Positions 35,900-49,564 of a stretch of 64,000 nt of DNA are shown here, piece after piece. Below the pieces are notes generated by a model. It was not told where the DNA came from, did not search any database, and saw nothing but the letters and a program-made list of their open reading frames with translations. The DNA comes from Prorocentrum cordatum. Taxonomy: Eukaryota. The translations under genes were made by a program, and so were the position numbers. The stretch covers positions 310,001 through 374,000 of the forward strand of contig CAUYUJ010000270.1 in the NCBI GenBank assembly GCA_963575745.1. The letters are read 5' to 3'. Positions within the stretch are counted from its first letter, which is position 1. The number at the start of each line of letters is the position of its first letter.

Positions 35900-37207
35900 A
35901 GCTGGCGCGCGCCAGTCCCCCCTCTGGAGTTCAGCCCCGTCCAGGGCCAGCCGTTCGCGGTGTCCTGGGTGCGTTTGCATCTTGGCGCTCGTTCTGCGCT
36001 CGCTGCAGCGGGGTGGAACTCTTTGGAAGAGATCCGGGGTGCTGACCCCAGCGAGTTCGAGCGACTGCATCTCCATCGCTGGTCAAGTTGAGGCCTTGGC
36101 TGCTGCTGGTCAGAGGTCGCCCCGATGCAGATGTCTTACAAAACCTGGAGTCGGCGATCTCGCTCGCGCAGGTTGCGCCAGACGCCGTGTGCGAGTTTAT
36201 CGGGGTCAATCCGGGCAAACGCCGGAGGACGTGCGTCAACGCCCCTCCGCGGGAGCAGCTTGACATGCTACGTTTTGCCCAACAGGGGGGCTTCGATGTT
36301 CATGCCATTATTGGCGTACTGATGCTCAAGAAGATCGGGGCTGCTGTGGGCAGCTCGCTTACTAGATACATGTCGTCCGCAAGGACGGCTCAAGCCTTTT
36401 TGTGTGCTCTTGAATTTACCGTTCCTGCCGGCGAATCCAGCGACAGTGTACAAGCTTGCGGCACTCATAACCCATGAAGGGACGCTCAAATCGATTCTGT
36501 CAGCTTGGCGGAAGTTCCATCATTTGGCAGGGTTCCATTGGCCCGTGGAGCACTCTCCGGCGTTAGCGGACATCAGGGCGGGCACGCGGAAGATGCAGCC
36601 GCCAGCTCCCCCCAGGCCGCGAATCAGAAAAGATCTGTTGAGGAAACTCTTGGCCCACTGTGCTAACACTGGGAGATTCTTCCGTGGCATGGGCTACATG
36701 CTTGCGTACGCCTTCTTGCTCAGAGTCCCGTCGGAACTCTTAGGGCAGCTGAGGCCATGTCTACTGTGCGTGGATACGGGAGCCGTGCGTTTCGGCCCTA
36801 TCAGACGTAAAGGTCAATGCCATGCGCAGTCCACTCTTGCAGCCAAGTGCGTCTGCGCCGCCGACCCTCTGCCATACGTGCACACGTGGGTCTCATGGCT
36901 ACTCGCAGGCCGCCGTGACACGAACGCAGAAATGCACCCGCCCGGGTACTACGCCAAGTTCCTCGCCGGCCTCCGCGAGGACTTGGTGGCCGCAGGCACG
37001 CCGGCGGCAGAGGCATCGGGAATTGCTGCCCATGCCTTCCGCCACGGCGCTGCGATGGACATGCGCGACACAGACGGGCTCGCAGCTGCGTGCGCCCGCG
37101 GGGGCGGGCGAAGCGGGGCAGTTAAAGCTTGCATCCCCCCTGCTGCCATTGAGTCGCGAGTCCTGGCCGAAGCGCGCTGCGCAGCTTCTGATGATGAGGG
37201 GTCCTAA
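35900..37207 (+). pseudogene. Tyrosine recombinase of the retrotransposon, frameshifted
   Basis: AYAFLLRVPSE (catalytic R), AHAFRHGAA (HxxR); the expected catalytic Tyr reads as Cys (VKACI); N-terminal part in ORF 36088-36477. Confidence 0.85.
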
Positions 37208-38094
37208 CCTGGTGTTCTCCCTTTTTCCATTGGCACCAATTGGCGGCACCTTCCTGAGGTGTGCGCCAACGGAAAACAATAGAAACAGGTGAGGGAGGCA
37301 GGGGACCAACTGCCGGCGTCTCTCTGACTCTTCAGTGGCCCCCCCCCCCCCTCAGCACCCGCGCGCCGCGCAGCACTCGGCTCTGGCGCGGCAAGCTTGC
37401 CCGCCCGCCCGGCCCTGAAGAGGTCTTCGGCGGTGGCGCCTTCCTGAGGTGCACGCCAACGGAAAACAATAGAAACAAGTGAGGGGGGCAGGGGGCCAAC
37501 CATACCACTCCTGCACGTCATACTTCTTTTCCTCATATCTCCTCCGCGGACGGCGGCGGAGGAGAGGGGTGGAAGTGGTGTACTGTGAGAGTGGGATGGA
37601 AGGATGGTTTACTGCGAGAGTGGGATGGAATCATAGGCTTCCCGAAGGGATTCCTATGATTGCTTCGATATTCCTAAGGTTTCCTAAAGGTCCTTTGGAT
37701 GCCCTAGAGATTCCGTTGATTCCCTTGAGACTCCCAGGATACCCACGTGAGTCCTAAGATCGCTAGAATTGGATTGGATTCCTCAGAGATTCCTAATACT
37801 CCTTAGAGATTCTTCATATTCCCTAGAGATCCCTCAGATTTTCTTGAGATCCCTTGGATCCCCTACAGATTCCTAATCTCCCCCTCGAGATTCCTACCTA
37901 TACGACCACCCTGCGGGTGATAAGGAGATTGGGGGGGGGGTGGAGGGGCCGAGCAATCGGCAACAGTGGGGATTGCTCTCCTGACGATGCCAGTGGAGAT
38001 TTTTTTTCGGAGGCCTGCTGAGGCTACTCTCCCCCCCTTTGTCGGGTTGCACATAGTGCAAATGCAATTGACGGGAACTGCTGCGACAGCGACG

Positions 38095-39030
38095 GCGGCG
38101 GCGTCCTGTCAGCGAATTCCTTTTTATGTAGACGGACCAACTCCAAGGGCCCAGACGCACCAGTTTTTCGATTCGCTTCCAGCCGCGGCGGCGAGCAGGG
38201 CCTCCGAAGGCCAAGAAACCTCGACCGAACCTCGGCGCCAACATCAAAACGGAGCCGGAACCCCTCCCAGGGGCCCGCGCCGGCGTCCTGTCGGCGCATC
38301 CCTTTTTATGTAGACGGCCGAACTCCACGGGCCCAGACGCCCCAGTTTTTCGATTCGCTTCTAGCCGCGGCGGCGAGCCCGCGCGGCCGCCCGAAGGAAC
38401 GGGGCGCGCTCGGAGAGAGCGGCTGGCAAAGCCTGGCCTGCGCTGGCGGGTGCACGGGGCCTCGCCCGCACGCACGGCGCGCGCGAACACGAAACCGAAA
38501 TCGATTTCCCGGTAGGGGGGCTCTCCGTTCCACTTCGATCTCACCCCCCAACCTCCGATCACAATCGATCTCACAATCGACGTCGTCATCATCATCATCA
38601 TCAACATTAACATCATCATCATCATCATCGCCATCATTAACATCATCATCATCAGCATCACCATCATCATCATCACCATCATCATCATAATCATCATCAA
38701 CATCATCATCGGGACACCGACGGGACACCGACGGGACACCACCGGGACACCAGCGGGACACCGCGCGGCCCCGCGCCCCGGTGGAGAATCATTTGGCGCG
38801 GCCGCGCCTCAGCCACAGAGGGCGCCACCGGGGCGCCGGCGGGACACCGCGCGGCCCCGCGCCCCAGTGGAAAATCATTTGGTCCGGCCGCGCCTCAGCC
38901 ACAGGAGACCTTCCTCTCGCCCGCCCACGCAGCTTCGCCTCGCCCGCGCGCGCGGCACGCACGAACACGAAACCGAAATCGATTTCCCGGTAAGGGGGCT
39001 CTCCGTTCCACTTCGATCCCACCCCCGAAC
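38095..39030. repeat. Cluster of local direct duplications plus (CAT)n
   Basis: About 38100-38195 matches 38281-38375; about 38460-38550 matches 38938-39025; about 38754-38818 matches 38840-38903. Confidence 0.8.
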
Positions 39031-39171
39031 CTCCGACTGGTTCCCAACCTCGTAGAGTTCTGTCGCCAGCAGGGATATGGACGAACCGTCGACCGCCAAC
39101 TCCCAGTCCTCCCGTAGCTCGTCCGGCACCGGGGGCCAGAGGGAGGATGGCAACGACAGCGGCGACGACAG

Positions 39172-39202
<31 letters not shown>

Positions 39203-41078
39203 CCCCGGCCCCCTCCCAGAGTCCAACCTGACAAGTGTCTCGAGCGCGCCAAGCCGCGACCGACGGGGAGAGCCCCCGAGAACCAGAAGGCATCCAACCC
39301 CGATCCTCGAGGCTTGCATCAAGACGTGCATCATCCCACTCGAAGCCCGCGGAATCCCGGCCAAATCAATCTCCGGACCCCAAGCTTTCCGCCCAGGATC
39401 GCTTCCCCATGGCCGCCCGAAACGCCCCCCGGAGGCCGAACGCAAGAAAAGACTTCCTCGAACCCAGACCCTCGAAACTCGAAGGTCGAACCTGCCTCGG
39501 CGCCCCTCCCCCCCCCCTTGTCCGCGCGCGCGGCTGCGGTGCCCCCCAAGGCAGCTCGAGGACTTTAAGCCAATCTGCGAGGGAACGATCGGGCCCCGAG
39601 ATCCGAACAACCCCATCGGGCCCCGACGTGAGAACAAGGACTCCTCCTCAACCTCCGCGTGCGCCTCCTCCCCCCCCTTATCCTCCACCTTCCCCTCCTT
39701 GCGACTTCAACGACGCTTGCTAATCTTACGGGTACTACTTCTACGACTATTACTACCACTACTACTATCACTACAACTGCTCTAAAAACACCGCAACGCA
39801 GACCGCTAAACATACGGCACGGGAAGACGCTTCGTGTAAACCGTTGTAGCCTTCCTTATGAGGCCCGATGTGGCATGATAGGGTACGCGACACTACTGGA
39901 ACAAGTCGTTGAACCACGCGACGTACACAACCGCTGAATGCCCAACCGCGCGACAACGGGCGAGCTGCCCCCGGGCCTACAAGCGCGGTCGCGAGCGCTG
40001 GCTCGCGGCGCAAAAGTGCGGGTTCCACGTGGCCCCTTTGAAAAAAAGTGCTAGGCATCGCGTGCATGCGGAGACGGGAATGGCAGCGCGCGCGCCCCTG
40101 GATAGCGAATCTTGAACCACAATGGGTGCACAGAGAACTCCGGGGGGAATCCTTCTTCCCGCCTTAATCGCCTCAGGGACGTTTATCGGAATTTCATGGT
40201 ATACTTTTCGAAAACCTCTGCTATCTTTCGGGGGTCACGCCGCTCGGAGGTCTGGGAACAGTCCGGCGGAGGACGACGACGACAACGACGAGCCTCAAAA
40301 ATGGCACAAGACGGTTCCAAGAGCGCCTCGGGTTCACTCGCCACCCAATGTCTCCAATATCAATATCTCCAGCGCCATCTCCATCGTTGGCGACATGCTC
40401 AACATCGACCCACCATCTCAGTCATGAAACTCCATGCCAGCTCCGGATCGTACACTGCCCGCGACACCTGACCGCCAGCGTCTGCGAAGGTAAGCGCCCC
40501 CCTGTGCTCCAAGACTGACCGCGCGTCTGTCAATGGCCCTAGAGCGCTCCAAGACGGCCAGAAAGCCACCTGGAAGAACCAAGAGCGCTCCAAGACGACC
40601 CCCAAGATGACTCGGGGATGGGCCGAGGGCCCCCTAGACCGCCACAGAAGCCCCCGAGACAACCCAGTAAGGCTCCGGGACGGCAATGAAACGGTCCCGA
40701 CTCAATCAAGGAAATGCTCGCGCGTCTTCAGGCGCCTCCCCCCTCGCCGCGGCTGGACACAACTCGAAAGAACAGCGTGCTCTGACCCTGATCCGAAGAC
40801 CAGATGCATATCTTGATGGACCTCCGGAGGTCGGAGAACACTGCCCTTGTGAAAACGGCCGCTCGGGACCGTTGGGGCTCTGTGGGGCCCTCCTCGGGCC
40901 GTCTTGGGATTCGCTCGGGCCATCTGGAATCCTCCTCGGGCCAATTTGCGGCCAATTTCGGCACACCTTCTCGTTGTGAAGAAACCGGCATCACTCTCCC
41001 GCGACTTCCAAAAGCTGCGGCACACGGTACCTCGAGGGAAAAAAGAAGGGGTCGGCGGACGTGGCGCACGCTTATAGA

Positions 41079-44000
41079 ATCACTGTCAAAACAAGAACCA
41101 TCACCATACACTTTCCCTGTCCACGGGACCGTCACTGCACCCCATTCTTTGACAGGCAGCGCACAAGGCTCAGGGGGCCTGAACAGGGGCCTCAGAGGAA
41201 TGGCGTAGAGCATGTATACGGGGGCGAAGTCCCACTCCAGACCAACTCCTGCTTGCCCCTGACTCCAGCTATCCTTCCTGACCTGCAAGACGTCGTCTTC
41301 CTGCGGCGCGTGGATCGAGCAGTAGAAGATTTCGTGATCTAGGTCCGAGGGCTCGTGGCCACAGAACTCGCAGTTCGCGTTGTTCGAGTAGCCAGCTTGA
41401 CGCCGTCTCTCAGACGACCACATGCCGTTAGACTGCAACTTGGCCAGAACACCTCTAATACCAGTGGAGAGCGGTTGGATGTGGCCTTTCCTCAGGGCAC
41501 GCATCCAGATGCGCTGGCTGCCGCCGCCTTCTTCCCGGTGCGGAGCTCCAGGCTGGTGATCATCCTGGCGATCCAGAATTCTGTGACTTTGCCATCTCTC
41601 CAGGCCGGCAAACATGTGGCACTTCAACTCGCTAGGGCGCACCCTGAGCAAGGCACACGCTACGCCGAGGTCGTCGACGACCACCGTGGACGACGCCATG
41701 TTCCAGCACACTCGCTTCAGCGTGACCCAGAGCGTTGACAGCGGGCCTCTGGTGCTAGCCCAGGAAAGCTGAGATGCATCCCTGATCTGGCCTCTCAACG
41801 CCATCCACGCCTTCTGAAGGCGCGACGGCGATCCGCGAAGCTCCCGTGGCCAGGCAAAATACAAATGCAGGATGCTCCATGTGGCATGAAAGATCGGGTC
41901 GCATGTGCGCTGCTTCTGCACTGCGAGGTAAAGGGCGAGCGAGCCCGAGCCTGAAAAATCACAGAAACTCCCAGCAACACTCCTCATCTGCTTCAACTTA
42001 CGGTCATTGACACCACTGACCGCTGCGCCGTGGCCGACCGAGGGGGGCGCACCTGTGGTCCAAATTATGGCTGTCTTGGCGCGAACAGCTCCCCGCTGAA
42101 GGACACGGCTTCTGGCCGCCGGCCTTCCTGCCGTGCATCTTCTCCAGGCGGTCCTTCTGCGCCCCGCGCGCGGCTGCTGCAACTCCAAGGTCGCGGCCGA
42201 GAGACCGCGCGTGACGCCTGCCAGCAATGTTGAGCATCCTGGCGAAAGACTCGAACTGATAAGCCGTTTGACGCGTCAAAGCTAAGCGGCGTGACTTGTC
42301 GAGTTGCAAGATGAAGCCCAGGGCGCGCGCTGGCTCGCAAAAGACTCGGCACGCCGTAGCCACAAACCGAGAGCCGCGGGGGTCTAGGCCCGTCCAAATC
42401 AAAGCCACGTCGTCGACTAGGTCTCTCGGCCGCACCTCCTTCGCGACAGCAGCGGTAAACTTGATGCTGCGTGTGTGTCTGTGTGTGTGTGTGCGTGTGC
42501 GTGTGCGTGTGCGTGTGCGTGTGCGTGTGCGTGTGTGCGTGTGTGCGTGTGTGTGTGTGTGTGTGTGGGTGGGTGGGTGGGTGGGCGGGTGGGTGGGTGG
42601 GTGTGCGCGTGCGTCTGTGCGTGCGTGTGGTGCGTGTGTGTGTGTGTGTGTGTGCGTGTGTGTGTGGGGGGGCATCAGCATCGCGGTGGCGCGCGTGCAT
42701 CTTGACAATATACCGTGGCGCACCTGCTGAGCCCGAGAGAAAGAATTAGATGCGAAGATGAAGCAAAACCAGCACGCATGCCAAACGCACGGGCAACTTG
42801 TTCGCCCTGCGCTCGCTGAGGATGGCTGAATGCTTGACAATCTCGTAGCACTTGAGCACGTCGAGGAGGACGACCAGCGCGCGCTTGCCAGTCAGCTGCG
42901 CCGTCTCCTTCTCAAGCGCCAAGTCGGAAGCTGCATCGGTGGAGGAACGCCCTCCGATGTGGCCCCAGAAGTCATCGCTGGCAGTGTGACGCCCCCAACC
43001 TGTCGAAATCGGACGACGCGCTCGACCCCGGGCCCGAATGAGAGCGTCGCGGGGCGCGATGAGGCGATTCCCTCCTCCTGGTCTGGGGGGCCGCGCCATC
43101 TTGGAGGTGAGCCTCTCCTGAGGCCAGAGCAACAGCTCCTCACAGCGGCAGAAAACCGTCGCCATCGCACTCGCAGCTGCGTCGGACAACTGGCCAAGCA
43201 CCCGCGGAGCGATCTTGACCTGCCCCGCCCCAGTAACCCAGCTGAAAGCACGAGTCGCCGCGCGGATGTCGCCGCCGGAGAGTGGCGCGAGCGGGTCCCA
43301 ATCAGCGGCGCCAGGAGGAAGCTCGACTGGTTGAGCCTCATGACGCTGCCAAAAGCTACTCCAGTGCCACGGCTTCCTGTCGGCGGGCTGGTAGGCGCGC
43401 TGCGCGCCCTCGCCGGAGTCAATGATCTCCTGGAGGGCCTGCGGCATAGAAAACTTGCGAGCGCGACTGGCTCCACCTGCGAAGGCAGCCCCGGCCCACA
43501 ACTTCCAGCCATGGGCGATCTTCTGGTCGTGAGTGCGCTGCATTGCCTCGGCCTTCGCCGGGATCCTGTCGATCTGCTGCTCGAAATCTCCCTGCAGAAA
43601 AGAGCCCGCGCAGAGCCCGAAGAAATTCTTCGCCTGATCATCCAAGTAATTCCAAGTACTCGCACGAGACTGAATGCGAAGCAAGAAGTTCTCGAACTCC
43701 AGAACATGTTTCGCGGCCTTGGTGAAAAGCTTGTCGGGGGACCTCCCGCAGGAGAAGGTCGGGGGCCAGCTGCTCGTCGCGCCAGGCGCGACACTGGCAG
43801 GCGCTGGGCGAGGCCCTGCGCACTCCGCGCCTTCCCCCTTCGGCAGCTGGAAGCCTGCCCCCCCCCCGTGCTCGAGGCTGGCGATCGCGAAGTACATCCG
43901 GCCCACCTTCGGAAGGGCGCCCGCCGCGCGCGAGCACCCAGCCCACCTCGCTGAGGCCCAGCTCCACCGCAAACCTGGGCCCCCAGCTTCCCCGCGACCT

Positions 44001-44350
44001 CCTCCAAAGCGGCCGCGGTCATGCTGGGCCTGCCTCTCGCGCGCGCCACCGCCGAATGCGACCTGGCAAGCGCCGCGGCAGCGCCCCTGCGAACGCCGCC
44101 AGCAGCGCGCCTACCAGGCACCGAGCCGAACGCCTCCTCCGCCTCAAGCTTCAGCGCGGAATAGGCAGCGCAACCATCCGCTGCTGGGCTCGAGGCTAGC
44201 CTGCCCCACTCGCTGTTTACCTATTGGGTGCACCTGGGGGGCAGGCCCCAGCAAACGATTCGGCGACTGAGCCCAGCTCCTCGCGCCGTTTACCTCTCGG
44301 GTGCACCTGGGGGCTGGAACGCGCGCCCTAACTGCGAAGGGTCTCTCTCC
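41079..44350 (-). pseudogene. LINE ORF2 reverse transcriptase, zinc knuckle and RNase H start
   Basis: PRPGGGNRLIA, GGRSSTDAA, VLLDVLKCYE, LVDD, CEFCG..DLDHEIFYC, VYGDGS; interrupted by a (TG)n tract at about 42470-42666. Confidence 0.85.
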
Positions 44351-45899
44351 CAGCGATGCGCCGTCACCTGCCGACGTCGAAACTGCACCACTGGTCGCGC
44401 CTGATGGCCCCCAGCCGTGCTCCGAGACCAGCAGGGCGCGCCACCATCGCGAGACCTGCCGTCAATATGCGGGGAGCTTTCACGCCCCCCCCCCCCCCCC
44501 CCTCGCGAACGCTGGTCGACGAAAGAACAAACGCGGGGCTGACCAGCTTGAGCACATTGGGCCGCTGCAGTTAGTGCGTTCGGGGGGTGGCATGTTTTTT
44601 GTGTGTTTTTTTTAGGGGGGGGGGGGGGGGGGGGGGGGTCCAATGAACGCTGTTCGGGAAGGCTTTCCCGAGTTTTCGGAGCGCCGCTCCGCGCCGCGCT
44701 CGGCGGCGACCGAACGCGCCAACTCGCTGGCCGAATTCGCATGGACTCGGGTTTGCGAGAAGGCTGAAAGCAGAGCGGGCGCGGCAATTCAGCTACGCGC
44801 GCGACAGCAGCATCGAGGTGCCCATGGCGAAGCCCCGCGGCTACATGCACGCGTGCATAATTTGCAGCGTTGATGTTGGCCTTGGCGCCACGGTTACGCA
44901 TCCTCTTCGTCCTGCGCTTGCTCATTGTCCTCCGCTCGTCTCCTGCTCCATCATCCTCGTCTTCGCGTTCGCTGCGATTCCCGGTGAGATTTTCCACGTT
45001 GTTATTGCTGCGTTGGGCCGCCCTCCTCCTCCTCTCCTCCTCTCTCCTATCTCCCCTCTCCTATATCCCCTCTCCTCTCTCCTCTCCTCCTCCTCCTCCT
45101 CCTCCTCCTCCTCCTCCTCCTCCTCCTCCTCCTCCTCCTCCTCCTCCTCCTACTCGTCATCGTCGTCGCCCCCCCCCTCTCCCCCCATCCTCCACCCCCT
45201 CCTCCTCCTGGTAGAGGATTGCCCAACCCCCGCCCCGCCCCCGCCGCCCCCTCCTGCCCCCCGCTCTTGTGCGAGCACAAACCACGTGCTACCCGACACT
45301 CGGCCCTTCTCCTCCCCGCCCCATCACTCCCCCCACGCGCGCCCCGTGGGAGATCCGAGGCCCGTCCGGCTGTCGCCGCAGCACCCGCGGAGCCGCGCCC
45401 CTGCGCCGCCCCCCCGGCGCCGCCCGGGCGGAGGCGCGCCGCCCCCCCCGAGGGCGGCGGAACAGGGTTCCGCGAGTCCTGGAACGCCGCTCCGAAAACC
45501 GACGTCGAGGCGGCGGAAGGCGCGCGAACCCGGCTCGACACAACAGGCGGCGGAAGGTGCGCAAACCCGGCTCGAAACATGCCGTCCAGCCCGAGGCGGC
45601 GGAAGGCATGTAAACCCGGCTCGGAAACCGCGCGATCCCTGGCCATGTAGATCCATTTATGCTTATTTAGTGCAGCTGTTTATTTAGTAGTCGGCCTTAA
45701 AGTTACCATCCTCAAGATGTAGCATCGACGCTAAATTCTAGCGACGATCAGCGTCGACGCATGCTCCAACGCGGTATAACATTCGAAAAAAAAGAGGCGT
45801 GACCTCCTGAGGAGGGCGCGTGCGCCCCGGTGGAGCAGGAGGCGCCGCCCCTCCGCAGCGCCGTGGCGCGTGCAATTTGTCTGTCCGCGCGCGCGGCAG

Positions 45900-47736
45900 T
45901 CACGCCAGCCGCGCCGCCGGCTGCGCGCGGTGGCGCGCGATCACCGCTAGTGAGAAGCCCGTCGCTGAGAGCGGGCAGCCGCGCCTCTTCGCCACGCGGC
46001 CCACGCTGCCCCCGAAGTCCTCGCCCCTGTAGGTCCAGCACATCGACGGCTGCCCTCCCGCGAAGGCCATCTCGAGGAGCAGGTGCGCCTTCGGCTTGAC
46101 GCGCCAATTCCTCGGCTGCAGCGCAGCAAGAGAGGCGAACAAGGTCACGAACCTGCTGGCGGAGTCGCGCGTCATATCCTTTCTGAAGACGCACTGGCCG
46201 CTCAACGTGCGGTAGCAGGAGCGCAGGTGGCGCATGGCGTTTAGCGCGGCGTCGCCCACGGCACTCCCAGAAACGTAATGCGTCTCGGCCGCTTCCTTGC
46301 AGAATGGGATCAGATGCCTCAGGATAGCCGCCTGGCCGCGGAACTTCGGGCGCGCTTTCTTGGGCTTCGTCGTGCGCTCGTTGAAGTCGTGGAGGCGGTC
46401 GGGCGTCGAGTGCGCGTCGTAGCGCGCCTGGATGAGCCTCCACATCTCGTCGCTCTGTTGCGCGCGGCGACGCCCAGGGGGCTTCTTCATGATGTCCCAG
46501 AGCAAGGCCCCCACGAAGTCCGCCCCGACCCCTTGGTCCACGGCGCGCAACCATTCGGCCTTGAACACGTCGATCGCGATGCCAGGGATACTCGGCGCAG
46601 GCGGGGCACGGCCTCCGTTGCGCAGGACGATGGCGATCGCGTCCTGCAGCGGGCCCCTGCTCGCTGGCCTCGCCCACCGAGAACTCGTCGACGTCTGCGT
46701 CGCCACCTGGGGGGCGCGCAAAGGAGAGCGGGGGGGAGGGGGGGGCAGGGGGCGCAGAAACACAGGAATGTGTAACCAAGAAATCCTCCTCCTGCTCCTC
46801 CTCCTCCCCCCCCCTCCTCCTCTGCCCCCCCCCCCCCGCGTTTGCGCGGGGCCAGTCGCCTCCCCCGGGAGAATGTCGCATTTCCAGCAGCGCCCAGAGC
46901 CCTCGTTCCAGGCGGGGAAAGAAACAACTTCCTTCCACGCTTCCCAATCCGCGCGAAACTGCACCAGGGCACCGCGGGCCGGCAGGGGGGGGGCCCTCGA
47001 AGGCCCTGCGGTCGGCCCACGCTTGCGGTGCTTTTCCGAGGGGCGCGAAGACGGCGTCTTGTCGCGCCGCTCTCGCGGGCAGAAGCCTCTCCACAAAGAC
47101 AGAAAACTCCATTTTATGATGCCGAAGATGTCGCGCCAGGTGTTCGTGGACACGTGGCTCTTCAAAATGATATGGGATTCTCAAGTTGCCGTAAGGTCCG
47201 CCGGGGTCAAGGCCGGGCAAGTTCGCGCTGCGGACTTCGACCGACGCAGATCTGCCCCACTTGGCGGGGGGCCCGTCCTGCCGCAGGCCGTTGGCCACCG
47301 CGGGGCTGCCCAGCTTCGCTTTCACGCCCTGCATGCGCGCGCGGTCGCCCTCTTCCAGCCCCTGCTTCTGAAGCAGCGCGGCCAGGTCGCCGCGCCCCCC
47401 CAGCGCCAGGAGCACCTCGTGCGGTAGCAAGAGGGACACTTCCTTCGTCTCTTCTCGACGACGCTCGGCGTTCCACACGCGGGCCTTTGCCGCGCACTCC
47501 TTCGGCCACAACGTTCCCTTGAGAAACTCCCTCCCCATGGTCCTGGACGCGTTGGCACGTCCCGCCCCCAGGCCCCCAACGCCCGCGGCCCTGCCTTCCC
47601 CGGCGTCGGCGGCGAGCCTTTGCATGTCGCCCGAGGACAGAGTGCCCCTCATCATGTGCGTCTGCAAATTGGCGCGCAAGCGCTTTGCAGGCGGCGGCGC
47701 GCTGGTGTCCACCGCCGGTTGGCGCTTCGAGAACAT
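45900..47736 (-). pseudogene. Element 2 transposase, same family as 31304-33450, decayed
   Basis: LLLPHE, GLRQDG, QFRADW, RCWKC, AEWLRAVDQG, KFRGQAAILR, WRVKPKAHL, QPSMCWTYRGEDF; frameshift near 47170; intron at about 46708-46859. Confidence 0.8.
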
Positions 47737-48199
47737 GGCGGCGAGCCCGCCCCGCGGCCCGCCAGGCGAAGGCGGCGTCCGAAGCAGGAGGGGGCGGGGG
47801 GAATCCAACTTCAAACTTCGAAGTTCGAAATTCGAATTCCGAACTTCGAACTTCGAACGTGCGCTTCGCAGGAGGCAGCGCCCCCCTGCCCCTCCCACTC
47901 GCCAGCGGGAGCACTCGCCTCCACGCGTTCCCACGAGCTGCGACATCTCCCGCCAGACACAGCGATGTCGCGCGAAGCGGCGCGCGCACGAGGCGCCCTG
48001 CCTCCTGGCTTCGCCGCGCTTCTTCTTTGTCGGCCCGCCGCAGTCGCAGGCAATTGTTTTTTTTGCGTGCTGGCGGGGGCGCCCCCCGTGGCTGCTCGCT
48101 CGTTTCTTCCCCTCCCTCCTCCCACTCCCGGGCCCCCTCGCCCCCCCCCCCCCCCCCTCCCCCTCCCTCTATTCCCCCCCCCCCCCGCGCGCCGATCGC

Positions 48200-49564
48200 T
48201 TCGCGCCCTTCCAACGCTTCGCGCTGCTCTTGCCGCCCGCCAAGTGCTTCTCGGCGAGCGCGACCTGGTCTGCCAGCGCATGCCTCGTCTTCCTGATCAC
48301 CCCGTCGTCGGGTTCGTCCTCGGGGATGCATGCCGCCTCGGCCGGCAGGTGCTCTGCAGCGTCCAGGAAGTCGCTCAGCGCCTTGTGCGCGGGCCTGATT
48401 TCGTCGCCGTTGGTGCGCCACTTGGCATCGTCGTCTCTCTTCGCCTTGGCGTCGAAACTCAGCATCAACTCCCTCATGTTTTTCTGCTGCCTCTGCAGGG
48501 CGGCCGCCTTCTGCCTGCGGTGGCGCGGTGGGATAGGAGGGGGAGAAGGGAAATATGAGAGGGGGGTGGGAGGGGGGGGGCTGGGGCAATGTCTGGAAGT
48601 TGCAGGAAGAATTGGAGTTGCCATCCTGAGCAGCTCGTCTTTCTTTTCGGCCATGTCGCGGCACTCTGGGTTTTCGATCTTCACGTCGCCGCCCCCCTGC
48701 CCCGCAGACGCGGATCCCCGAGCCATGTCCTCCAGCGCACCCTTGTTTGTCTTCCCATAGTCTTTGTATGATGCCCACTGCTCCCCCGTCCTCTCTTCGG
48801 CTGCGCCCTGCAGACCATCGTCGAAGACGTAAGAAAAGAGTGAATCGATGATTTCTTCCGTGTCCATCTGGGGCGGGTGGGATTATGCCGTCTTGTGCTT
48901 CTTAGCGTTCTTGCGCCACTTGTTGCGAGCCCAATCGCACCCCGTCGGCGCGTCGGGAAAGTTCCCCAGGTTGAGCCCGAACTCCTGCATCAGCTGCGCG
49001 ACTGTGACCCATTTCTGTCTGCTGTTTTTCGAATCCTTTTTTCGAGGGCCCATGCGCGGCTGCGAAGGAATGCGTCAGGCCCTTCAGCTCCTTGGCGTCT
49101 TTCTCGCCCTTCTCGGACATAAAAGTGTCGTAGAACCCCTTCCGCTTCTGGTCGCCGAGTTGCTTGGAAGTTGCAAGGGCAATGCCGCGCGCCTTCCCGC
49201 ATTCGTTCGTGGCATTGCCATCCTTCGCGCTGTGCCAGAGGTGGTTCATGAGGTGCGTGGTTCGCGCGTTCGTCGGGGAATCTGGCGGCGGGGGGGCCGA
49301 GCTCTTCTTGGCCTTCAGGGGCGGCCCCTCCGCGCTCCAAGTTGCGCCGTCTCCTCCAGGCCCCTTCGCTGGAGGCGGGCCCTTCGGCTTCCCAGCCGCG
49401 CCGCGTCCTGCAGGTGCCTTCGCTGGAGGCGGGCTCTTCGCTGGAGGCGGGCCCTTCGGTTCCCCCTTTGCCCCCCCCTTTGCCTCCCCCTTTGCCTTTG
49501 CCGCCGTGCGCGCCAAGTAGGCGCTCAAGGCAAGGGGGTTCACGAGCGAAAGCAACGACAGCAT
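48200..49564 (-). pseudogene. Element 2 gene C counterpart
   Basis: KGPPPAK repeats, KRKGFYDTF, KWVTVAQL after a frameshift, coiled-coil tail; directly upstream of the transposase. Confidence 0.55.

Larger units (their letters stand above)
16748..37500 (+). mobile_element. PAT/Ngaro-type tyrosine-recombinase retrotransposon with split direct repeats, interrupted
   Basis: A1 16748-16831; B1 37242-37310; A2 37310-37391; B2 37432-37500; gag, RT, RNase H and YR ORFs in order between them. Confidence 0.88.
9733..41078 (-). mobile_element. Helentron/Helitron2-like element span with nested cargo
   Basis: 14-bp asymmetric inverted repeat TCCGCCGACCCCTT (9733-9746) / AAGGGGTCGGCGGA (41046-41059). 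The right copy is followed by a degenerate hairpin (GTGGCGCACGCT). Insertion falls in a T-run of the LINE, and Rep and PIF1 remnants lie inside. Confidence 0.65.

Noticed and set aside
36404..37207. Phage/integron integrase or Crypton
   Set aside because: Split direct repeats and the upstream gag-RT-RNase H tie it to a YR retrotransposon.
37620..37900. Telomere-like repeat
   Set aside because: Degenerate GATTCC(T/C)(A/T)A units, not TTTAGGG.
47806..47860. Heat-shock element
   Set aside because: GAA/TTC spacing is mostly 0-1 nt, not the nGAAnnTTCn pattern.
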